From positions 64,001 through 128,000 of the IMG/VR virus record IMGVR_UViG_3300020049_016424: a stretch of DNA of 64,000 nt. One strand, given 5' to 3'. This document shows, one piece after another, positions 51,501 through 58,572 of the stretch (its first letter is position 1; every line of letters begins with the position of its first letter). Made by a program: the position numbers and the translations under genes. The stretch is from a virus. Lineage: Duplodnaviria; Caudoviricetes. The notes beneath the pieces were generated by a model. It saw only the letters and a list, made by a program, of their open reading frames with translations, made no database searches and had not been told where the DNA came from.

Positions 51501-53154
51501 CGACGTGAACCTGCAGCCGACCAAGGGCGGCGACGAAGGTGCGAAAGGCCTTGGCAAGATGGAGATCAACACGCTGCTCGCGCACAACGCGCGCAACGTG
51601 CTCAAGGACGTGCTCACCGTGAAGTCCGAGAAGTCGGACGAGTACTGGCGTGCGCTCGAGTTCGGGCTGCCGCCGCCGGCGCCGAAGACGCCGTTCGTCA
51701 CGCAGAAGTTCAACGCAATGCTCACCGGCGCCGGCATCAACGTCGACAAGCGCGGCAGCATCGTCGGTATCCATGCGCTGACCGATGCGCACGTGAAGGG
51801 GCTCTCGAGCGGCGCGCTCACGCTGCCGGAGCTCGAGAAGAGCAAGAGCTTCATGGTCACGTCGAAGAACCTGAAGCCCGAGACCGGCGGCCTGTTCGAC
51901 CCCGTGCGTACCGGCGGGCTGTCGGGCACGCGATGGTCGCACATCGAGCTGCCCGAGGCTTCGGTGAGCCCCGTGTTCGAGGAGCCCGTACGGCGCCTCC
52001 TCGGCCTCACCAAGGCGAGCCTCGAGAAGGAGCTGATGGACAAGGGCGGCGACGCCCTCAAGAAGAAGCTCAACCGCCTCGACCTCGACAAGCTCGAGAC
52101 CGAGCTCGAGGACAAGACGCGCACGGCACGCGCCTCGGCGCTCGACGACGTCGTCAAGCAGCTGAAGTACGTCCGCGCGCTGAAGTCGCACGGCGTGAAG
52201 GCCGGCGACGCGTATTTCCCGACGCTCGTGCCGGTCATCCCGCCCATCATGCGGCCGATCCTGCCGAGCCAGCGCTCGGGAGAGCTTCAGATCTCAGATG
52301 CGAACTACCTCTACCGCGACGTGGCGCTGGCCGCAGCGGGCCTGAAGGCCGCGAAGGAGACCGAGCTCCCCGAGCTCATCGGCTCCGCACGCAAGCACCT
52401 CTACGACGCCCACGCAGCGCTCGCAGGCACCCGCGAGCCCACATCACCGCAGCTTCAAGGCCGCGGCGTGAAGGGCTTCGTCACGCAGGTGACCGGCGCA
52501 GGCAGCCCGAAGAGCGGCTTCCTCTTCAAGAAGATCTTGAAGCGGCAGCAAGACCTATCGGGCCGCGCCACCGCGACGCCCGACAACACCCTCGACATGG
52601 ACCAGATCGGGGTGCCCGAGGACATGCTCTGGAAGACGTACGACAAGTTCGTCATGAAGGGCCTCATCGGGCAGGGCTACGCCGCGACCCGCGCACAGGA
52701 GATGGTGCAGGAGCGCCACCCTGCCGCGAAGGTCGTCTTCGACCGAGAGCTAAAAGAACGGCCGGTGTTCGTGAATCGAGCACCGTCGCTCCATAAGCAC
52801 AACTTCGTGGCCGCCTTCCCTGTAGCGGTTTCTGGGACCTCATTCCGCGTGAACCCCTTCATCGAGAAGGGCATGAACCTCGACTTCGACGGCGACGCCA
52901 TGCAGCTGCATGTGCCGGTATCCCCGAAGGCCGTCGAGGAGGCCAAGAACCTCACGCTGAGTAAGCTCCTGTTCACCGACAAGGCCCGGGGCGATCTCAT
53001 CATCTTCCCACAGCACGAAGCCATCATCGGCGCCTACCTTGCTACTTCGGGCGCCGCGAAGGGCGCTTCGAAGAAGTTCAAGGACAAGGCAGCCGCGATG
53101 GCCGCGTACAAGCGGGGCGAGATCACCCTCGAGACTCCCATCGAGATCGGCTGA
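48574..53154 (+). CDS. rpoB: multisubunit RNA polymerase, beta-like subunit fused to the N-terminal half of beta' (catalytic DFDGD)
   Basis: beta motifs TPESGHAG, NRAIMGSKFQTQA, GKNL, GDKLANRFGGKGVVS, SRINP, GKME; then beta' motifs GLFDP, HIEL, PVIPP..RP, DLSGRA, NRAPSLH, NLDFDGDAM. Confidence 0.92.
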   Translation: MASDRTPPVSAAPAGLRPVVISAREKRELLREKTLEGLQSLFPILGRSHDLHLISAAVKPTTYSSNEQKRAILEGRTLSEPIVGRLVLKDKAGAVVDTKDKHILAHLPYFTERHTMIVGGNEYEVPNQLRLKPGVYTRERGNGEYEAAFNLSKGENFRLSMDPETGKMSAEFATTTAPLYPLLRALGVQDTTVRQHWGADLLDANKKSAGKEEAVLNKLVARFRKPKDAMPSTLEGKRAFVQNYFDGTRMSTQVTERTLGKGYDRVTPDALLRASQKLLEVHRGEAEEDDRDSLEFKTIHSVEDFFKERLEKDAKYSVNNKLIHKMNQSKTKQIKGFMPNAAYTRPLTSFLTSSAISAIPTQFNPIELIDHAAKVTSLGEGGITADRAIPFEARKVHGTHYGVLDIVRTPESGHAGIDLRAAMGAYRDSAGELYAHMKDTRTGKHAPVRVTTLARSSVGFAGQGESSAKMDALKGSNAVSLDRKKVDYVLADHTHQFSPATALVPFLDGMQMNRAIMGSKFQTQALPLLEREVPFIQAQAPRAGHSMEREVARLTVPTSSVHGTVEKIDADYIYIRPHAEKHAAVSDDLIEAPARETTPEETLWAKQAAYEDYDLDEEDGLDDLAITPPEHLSDAKIASSDTGLIKLPYDTHFPLAAKTYLHNDVTAKVGDTVTPGQTLAESNFTRNGTMALGKNLSVAYLAYYGKNSNDAVVISEAAAKKLTSEHMYKEVLRKGPDTLQGKAKYMAYFGMRFTKAQLDKLDDNGVAKPGAHFSPGDPIVLALEKATPSPEAAMLGHLHKSLVKPYRDAAVMWEHHTDGEAIDAVNAARQVVVTVRTHEAMKIGDKLANRFGGKGVVSEIIPQHKMVQDEAGKPIDVLFTSAGIISRINPAQVVEGALGKVVEKTGKPLVIPQFQDHSNVEYAKKLLKEHGISDKETVYDPVSGRSIPKVFVGRSYILKLFKSGETNYAARGVTSYDVNLQPTKGGDEGAKGLGKMEINTLLAHNARNVLKDVLTVKSEKSDEYWRALEFGLPPPAPKTPFVTQKFNAMLTGAGINVDKRGSIVGIHALTDAHVKGLSSGALTLPELEKSKSFMVTSKNLKPETGGLFDPVRTGGLSGTRWSHIELPEASVSPVFEEPVRRLLGLTKASLEKELMDKGGDALKKKLNRLDLDKLETELEDKTRTARASALDDVVKQLKYVRALKSHGVKAGDAYFPTLVPVIPPIMRPILPSQRSGELQISDANYLYRDVALAAAGLKAAKETELPELIGSARKHLYDAHAALAGTREPTSPQLQGRGVKGFVTQVTGAGSPKSGFLFKKILKRQQDLSGRATATPDNTLDMDQIGVPEDMLWKTYDKFVMKGLIGQGYAATRAQEMVQERHPAAKVVFDRELKERPVFVNRAPSLHKHNFVAAFPVAVSGTSFRVNPFIEKGMNLDFDGDAMQLHVPVSPKAVEEAKNLTLSKLLFTDKARGDLIIFPQHEAIIGAYLATSGAAKGASKKFKDKAAAMAAYKRGEITLETPIEIG

Positions 53155-53155
53155 A

Positions 53156-53812
53156 CTACTTCGCCCATCTCTCGCGCATGCACCCGGGCCACAAGCCTTC
53201 CAGCTCGAGGAACTCCGAGATCGTGCGCTGCACCACCGTGACGATCATGTGTTCGTCTTCGAGGCGCACTGAAAGAGCAAGCGCAGCACGGATGTCCGCA
53301 TGCCTGGTTCGCGGCTGCTCCGCGAGGGCGTTCTGCGTGATGACCTCATCGAAACGATCTCCGCAGGCGTTGTTGAACACACGAAGTGCGGCTACTGTGG
53401 CGCGCCGCTTCTCTTGATCGTGCAGCTTCTGCCGGAATGGTCCGTTGATTCGATACGCTCTCTCGTGATAGATGTTGGGCAGCCCTACGAGGGTTGTCGG
53501 CGTACTCCACCGCTTAGGCGGGTGTGGATGCTCTCCAGGAGCATCGTTGCCGTAGAGCAGCGCTACCTGCTTGTACACACCGCCTTCACCTGCACGGCAC
53601 GCCGCGAGCCCTTCTTGAAGGTAGGTGCACGGCAGTTTGTGGGGTTGGTGCACGTAGAGATGGCACAGCCCTAGTACGGCGTGCACCGCACAAAGAACGG
53701 CGTTCTCCGGGGCGATGTCTGCCGTGAGCCACCAGGCGCCATCCGGAAGCGGGAAGAGAGGGGCCATCTTCGTGACGAAAGTCTGGAACGTTTCTTCGGG
53801 CCATTGGGGCAT
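53156..53812 (-). CDS. hypothetical protein
   Basis: ATG 53812 downstream of a promoter copy. Confidence 0.6.
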   Translation of the reverse strand: MPQWPEETFQTFVTKMAPLFPLPDGAWWLTADIAPENAVLCAVHAVLGLCHLYVHQPHKLPCTYLQEGLAACRAGEGGVYKQVALLYGNDAPGEHPHPPKRWSTPTTLVGLPNIYHERAYRINGPFRQKLHDQEKRRATVAALRVFNNACGDRFDEVITQNALAEQPRTRHADIRAALALSVRLEDEHMIVTVVQRTISEFLELEGLWPGCMRERWAK

Positions 53813-53843
53813 ATTGGTGCGGCTTTCTGTGGGGGTATATCTT

Positions 53844-53872
53844 CTTTTACCCTCAAATGCCGTTGGTTTTGG
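53844..53872 (-). promoter_or_regulatory. putative phage promoter CCAAAA-N15-GGTAAAAG
   Basis: Consensus copy. Confidence 0.6.
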
Positions 53873-54521
53873 CAACGTGACGCTTCTTTCCGTGGAGCCC
53901 GCGGTCACGTTCTTCTTCGTATTTTCGTAGCCGTGCTTGTACCCGCTGCTCCTTCCGGATGACGCGTGCCGTGCCTGCGATTTCTTCCGGGTGGGCTACC
54001 CAGCCCGGGGATTGTCTCATCACCGCGGTGACCGTGGTGCGGACTCGGTCTGCAATCATGTGCGTGCGCTGCCGCTTCATCGCACTCAGGACCTTTTGCG
54101 CGGTGTAGCTCGAGTCACGAAGCGCAGGTCGAGCTCTGAGCGACGCATGTCCGAACGTCAGCAGGGCTTCGCGGTTGAAGCCGTCGAGTACGGGCTCGAG
54201 CACCAAGATTGTCGCTGCGAGCGCGTCGATCTCATGCCGATCGCCCTTTGCCGTTCCGCCCAGGTTTGAGATCACCCCCACGTGGTCATCCAGATGCCTG
54301 TCCTTGAGCAGAAAGCGCAGGAGACGATCTGCACTACTGTCAGAGGTCAGATACACGGCCCAGTAGTGCCCAAGCTCGTGCACGAACCCTTCGATAGCCG
54401 CGTGCGGGGAGTTTGTGAACACGCCAAACGCGCCCGTGTCCCCTGTGAGGTAGCAGAGCGCCTTGTCCGCGATCTTTGTGCAGGTCTTCGCAGACCAATA
54501 CCGTGAGGAGGGAGCTTTCAT
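53853..54521 (-). CDS. hypothetical protein with HEXXH motif
   Basis: ATG 54521; FVHELGH...HEIDA. Confidence 0.6.
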   Translation of the reverse strand: MKAPSSRYWSAKTCTKIADKALCYLTGDTGAFGVFTNSPHAAIEGFVHELGHYWAVYLTSDSSADRLLRFLLKDRHLDDHVGVISNLGGTAKGDRHEIDALAATILVLEPVLDGFNREALLTFGHASLRARPALRDSSYTAQKVLSAMKRQRTHMIADRVRTTVTAVMRQSPGWVAHPEEIAGTARVIRKEQRVQARLRKYEEERDRGLHGKKRHVAKTNGI

Positions 54522-54526
54522 ACGTG

Positions 54527-54555
54527 CTTCTACCGTGCCCTGCCGCCGCTTTCGG
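54527..54555 (-). promoter_or_regulatory. putative phage promoter CCGAAA-N15-GGTAGAAG
   Basis: Consensus copy ending 5 nt before ATG 54521. Confidence 0.65.
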
Positions 54556-54594
54556 AGCCCTTCCCTCGAAAGGCCTCTGTGATACGCTGCGGAG

Positions 54595-55530
54595 GTGCTT
54601 TCCCCCGAACAGCTCCTGAAGCTCGCTGCGCCCATCTTCTCAGCAGAAGCTGCGCCTCTCGCGCAGCGTCTCTTCTCGACGAAGCTCGGTCCCACTGGCG
54701 CGCAAGCGTTGCAGAACCGCTCGCGAGCAGTGACTGACCGGATTACGCAGCAGGGGCTCGCTCGGGCACGCGCACTCGGGGACGCCGCAGGTCCGACTTC
54801 CTCGAAGTGGCTCGCATCCCGCTCGGGGTGGAATGCCCCGACACTCGCGAGTCCGCAGTTCGACTCCCTCTTCGAAGGAGCGCTGAAGGCAGCGGCTGCA
54901 AAGAAGAAGGACGACGACACCGACTACGACGATCTCCGCAGTACCCTGCGGAGTTTCGCGCCGTTCACGGACGATGTAGCTCGCAGGGTCACATCGCATG
55001 CGAAGAAGCGCGGCGCGAAGAGGGCGCTCGAGAAGTTCGGCATGGAGCTCGCCTTCGACACGCCGCAAGAGGTGCAGCGTCACCGTGACGTGCGCGGACT
55101 CGCCCAAGGTGCGGGCGCCCTGGGCGGCGCCTACGCCGGCTTCAAGGCCACGCCCGGCGGCATGGGGCGCAAGCTCCTCGGCGGCGTGATCGGAGGCGGC
55201 CTCGGACACACGGGTGCCGGCATCGCGGTGGACTCCGCCCACGACATCCCGCAGCGTACGCGGGCGCAGTACGACACCACGCAGCAGCGCCTGCATGCAG
55301 CCGGCGGCGTTCCTGCGCTGAAGCTCGCGGACATCGCCGACGATCTCGTCGCAGCCATCGCCGAGGGCGAGGGGCACGAAGTAGGCCCTGGCACCGAGTC
55401 CTTCGCGGAGTCCGAGCTTGCGCAGCGCACGTCGTCCCCGTCCTGGGGCGCGGTGGCGAACGTAGACGGCAGCGGAACGCAGGGCGGAAACATGCAGACC
55501 GGCGCTGGGATGTCCTACGGAGGCGTGTGA
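54595..55530 (+). CDS. KxA-motif protein with Gly-rich hydrophobic segment (putative virion)
   Basis: TGaTACGCT 6 nt before GTG; KLAA, KLAD; GAGALGGAYAG...GGVIGGGLG. Confidence 0.7.
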   Translation: MLSPEQLLKLAAPIFSAEAAPLAQRLFSTKLGPTGAQALQNRSRAVTDRITQQGLARARALGDAAGPTSSKWLASRSGWNAPTLASPQFDSLFEGALKAAAAKKKDDDTDYDDLRSTLRSFAPFTDDVARRVTSHAKKRGAKRALEKFGMELAFDTPQEVQRHRDVRGLAQGAGALGGAYAGFKATPGGMGRKLLGGVIGGGLGHTGAGIAVDSAHDIPQRTRAQYDTTQQRLHAAGGVPALKLADIADDLVAAIAEGEGHEVGPGTESFAESELAQRTSSPSWGAVANVDGSGTQGGNMQTGAGMSYGGV

Positions 55531-57005
55531 TGCCGCTCGAGGGCGCCGAAGCTCTTCGCACCACGCTGCAACCGCACCAGCAACGTGTGGGCGACCGGCT
55601 GTCTGCAGATGACCAGCCGGGGCTCGTAGCCATCCACGGCCTCGGCAGCGGCAAGACCCTCACAAGCATCGGCGCCGCACAGGCGCTCGGGCTGCCTGCG
55701 CACGCTGTCGTGCCTGCCTCGCTCCAGGGCAACTACGAGAAGGAGCTCGACAAGCACCTCACGACGGGGGCAGCGCGGCCTGAAGTGCACTCGCTGCAGC
55801 GCACGACGATGCGCCCCGAGAGCGTCGACCCTGCGGGCGGTTTCCTGATCATGGATGAGGCGCACCGCGTCCGCGACCCTTCGACGAAGAGCTACAGTGC
55901 CGCGAAGCAACTCGGACAACAGGCTGCGAAGCGCCTGTACATGACCGCGAGCCCCACCTACAACCACCCCGTCGATCTCGCGCCCCTCGTGAACCTTGCT
56001 GCAGGGGAGAAGGTCCTGCCGGCGAACAAGCAGGAGTTCGAAGATCGGTACGTGCGCACGCGCCGCATCGACCCTGGATTCTTCGCACGCACCTTTCGCG
56101 GCATCAAACCCGGCGAGGTGCAGGAGCTCACGCGCCAGCAGGAGCTCGAGGACGTCGCGAAGAAGTGGGTCGACTACCACGAAGGCGGCGGAGGTGATTT
56201 CCCCGACCGTATCGATGAGACCATCTCCGTGCCGATGTCGAGCGAGCAGCGCGACGTCTACGACACGGTGCTTGGCAAGGCCCCTGCCTGGATGCAGTAC
56301 AAGGTGAGGCACGGGCTACCCCCTTCGAAGGCCGAAGCTGCCGATCTCAACGCGTTCATGACCGGCGCGCGGCAGGCACAGCTCTCCCCGCACGTGTTCC
56401 AGCAAGGGATGGACCCGCTGCTGGGTGCGACGAAGCAGCACGCCGCATTCGAGCGTCTGCAGAAAGCCATTGCAGAGAACCCGGAGCATCGGGCAGTCGT
56501 CTACTCGAACTACCTGCAAGCGGGCCTCGGGCCCTACCAGGCCCTCCTCGACAAGCACCAGATCCCATACGCGTCGTTCACCGGCGAAATGGGGCGCGGT
56601 GAGCGGGAGCAGGCCGTGCGTGACTACAATCGGGGCAAACTCCGTGCGCTCCTCGTCTCGAGCGCGGGCGGCGAAGGCCTGGACCTGAAGGGGACACGGC
56701 AGCTGCAGTTACTCGAACCTGCTTGGAACGCCGAACGGCTGAATCAGGTGATTGGGCGGGGGATCCGCTATAAGAGCCACGCGCATTTACCCGAAGATCA
56801 GCGCAACGTTCGCGTAGAACAGTATTTGTCTTCCATCCCGCAGGGGCATCTAGGCAAGTTCTTTGGTGTGCAACCCGAGATGACGGCTGACGCGTACCTC
56901 ACGCAGGTAAGTGCAGACAAAGAACGGCTGAATCAGCAGTTACGTCGCATATTGGAACGCGCGCAAGCCCATGCTACTCCTCCCCTAGCGCATGAAAAAA
57001 CATAA
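55530..57005 (+). CDS. SF2 helicase, SNF2-like with NPH-I/VETF-type motif VI
   Basis: LQPHQ, HGLGSGKT, DEAH, TASP, SSAGGEGLDLKG, EPAWN, QVIGRGIRYKSH. Confidence 0.85.
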   Translation: MPLEGAEALRTTLQPHQQRVGDRLSADDQPGLVAIHGLGSGKTLTSIGAAQALGLPAHAVVPASLQGNYEKELDKHLTTGAARPEVHSLQRTTMRPESVDPAGGFLIMDEAHRVRDPSTKSYSAAKQLGQQAAKRLYMTASPTYNHPVDLAPLVNLAAGEKVLPANKQEFEDRYVRTRRIDPGFFARTFRGIKPGEVQELTRQQELEDVAKKWVDYHEGGGGDFPDRIDETISVPMSSEQRDVYDTVLGKAPAWMQYKVRHGLPPSKAEAADLNAFMTGARQAQLSPHVFQQGMDPLLGATKQHAAFERLQKAIAENPEHRAVVYSNYLQAGLGPYQALLDKHQIPYASFTGEMGRGEREQAVRDYNRGKLRALLVSSAGGEGLDLKGTRQLQLLEPAWNAERLNQVIGRGIRYKSHAHLPEDQRNVRVEQYLSSIPQGHLGKFFGVQPEMTADAYLTQVSADKERLNQQLRRILERAQAHATPPLAHEKT

Positions 57006-57894
57006 GTACCGCGTACAAGAGTACCGCGCAGAGTATCATGCGCTGTGGAACGCCGTAGCTCGCTGTACAAACCCGCGCAATGCTTCGTACTCTGCATACG
57101 GCGCAAAAGGGGTCCAGGTGTGTGAAGCATGGCGCGGCTCTGAAGGATTCAACGTATTCATCCACGATATGGGGCCCCGTCCTAGTGTTCTACACAGTTT
57201 GGACCGTGTAGATGTGACGGGCGGTTACACGCGCGACAATTGTCGGTGGGCCACCCGATCAGAGCAGGCAAATAACACTAGGAATACCCGAAAAATCACG
57301 CTATTTGAAACAACTAAGACGTTCAAACAGTGGGCGGCAGTGTACGGACTGCGCGATTCGTTAGTGCACACCCGTATCAACAAACTAGGCTGGCCGATAG
57401 AGCGTGCGTTCACCACGCCTGCTGCGAAGGTGGACCAAGCTAAGGGCGCAGACCCTGCAGCAGCCGCCCTTCGACGTGCGATCCAACGCTGCCACAACCC
57501 AAACAACCCACAGTACGCGCGCTATGGCGCTCGCGGAATCGTTGTCTGCACACAATGGCGTGGAAAGCGGGGCCTGTCGCAGTTCAAACAGGATATCGGA
57601 CCCCATCCGGGGCCTGGATATTCGCTGGATCGAATAGATACCAACCAAGGATACGCGCCGGAAAACTGTCGTTGGGCGACACGAACAACACAATTGAATA
57701 ACCGTAGGTGCACTAAAACCCTAACATACGCAGGACGCTGTCTCACGTATGCGCAATGGGCGCGAGATCTGGGCATTGACGAACAGACAGTCCGCTGGCG
57801 CATCAAACAAGGGTGGCCCCTTCCGCGGGTGCTCGCGCCAAGCCCAATACAACGCGCACGCAGGCTCTTGACCGCTGCCGCAGCTACCCAGTAG
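56992..57894 (+). CDS. homing endonuclease with two tandem HNH modules
   Basis: Two copies of RCxNP...YGxxGxxVCxxW...DxGP.P...SLDRxD..GY..NCRWAT..QxNNxR; lower GC. Confidence 0.85.
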   Translation: MKKHKYRVQEYRAEYHALWNAVARCTNPRNASYSAYGAKGVQVCEAWRGSEGFNVFIHDMGPRPSVLHSLDRVDVTGGYTRDNCRWATRSEQANNTRNTRKITLFETTKTFKQWAAVYGLRDSLVHTRINKLGWPIERAFTTPAAKVDQAKGADPAAAALRRAIQRCHNPNNPQYARYGARGIVVCTQWRGKRGLSQFKQDIGPHPGPGYSLDRIDTNQGYAPENCRWATRTTQLNNRRCTKTLTYAGRCLTYAQWARDLGIDEQTVRWRIKQGWPLPRVLAPSPIQRARRLLTAAAATQ

Positions 57895-57904
57895 CCTGTT
57901 GCGC

Positions 57905-58556
57905 ATGTTGATCCTCGAAATCCGTGCCGGCGAAGGTGGATCTGACGCCAAGGACCTCGTTCTCGAACAGCAGGAGATGTATCTCCGGCGCTGCGCGTTC
58001 CACGGTCTTTGACTGCGCGCTGCTCGACGCACGCCCCAGCAGCGTGACGCTCCGCATCGCAGGCTCTCGCGCCGCAGACCTGTTCCGAGACGAAACTGGC
58101 AAGCACTGCTGGATGCGTGTGCCTCCGGGCGAGAAGCGCGGTCGTGTTCACACGAGCACCGTCACCGTGGCCGTGCTGCCCGAGGTCTCTGAGCGCACGC
58201 TCTCGATCCCGGAACGTGACCTCGAGATCTCAGTGTGCAGAGGCTCGGGCGCAGGAGGCCAGCACCGTAACAAGACCGAGTCGGCCGTGATGATGAAGCA
58301 CGTGCCTACAGGGATCATCGTGCGTTGTGAGTCCGAGCGCTCTCAGATCCAAAACCGCGCCTCTGCGCTCGAAGTGCTCCGTGCGCGACTCGGCGCCGCG
58401 GCCCGCACAGGCGCGCACCTCGACCGCAACGCAGGGCGTAGGGAGCAGCTCGAAGGGTCGAAGCGCCGAACCGTACGCGTACCCGACGGGCAAGTCGTCG
58501 ACCACCTCACCGGTAGGGTCTGGAAGCTGCGAGACTACCTGAAGGGGACCTGGTAA
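57905..58556 (+). CDS. class I peptide release factor, RF1-like, lacking domain 1; predicted +1 frameshift join(57905..58009,58011..58556), 216 aa
   Basis: Frame 0: MLILEIRAGEGGSDAKD...MY...GL then CTT-TGA-C; +1 frame: ETGKH..RVPPGEKRGRVHTSTVTVAVLPE, GSGAGGQHRNKTESAV, ERSQIQNR. Confidence 0.88.
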
Positions 58557-58572
58557 GATCCGGCCTAGCTCC

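Noticed and set aside
57924-58010. GTG 57924 as the release factor start, as in the ORF track
   Set aside because: Its first 29 aa are not RF-like, whereas the frame from ATG 57905 gives the conserved LEIRAGxGG segment.
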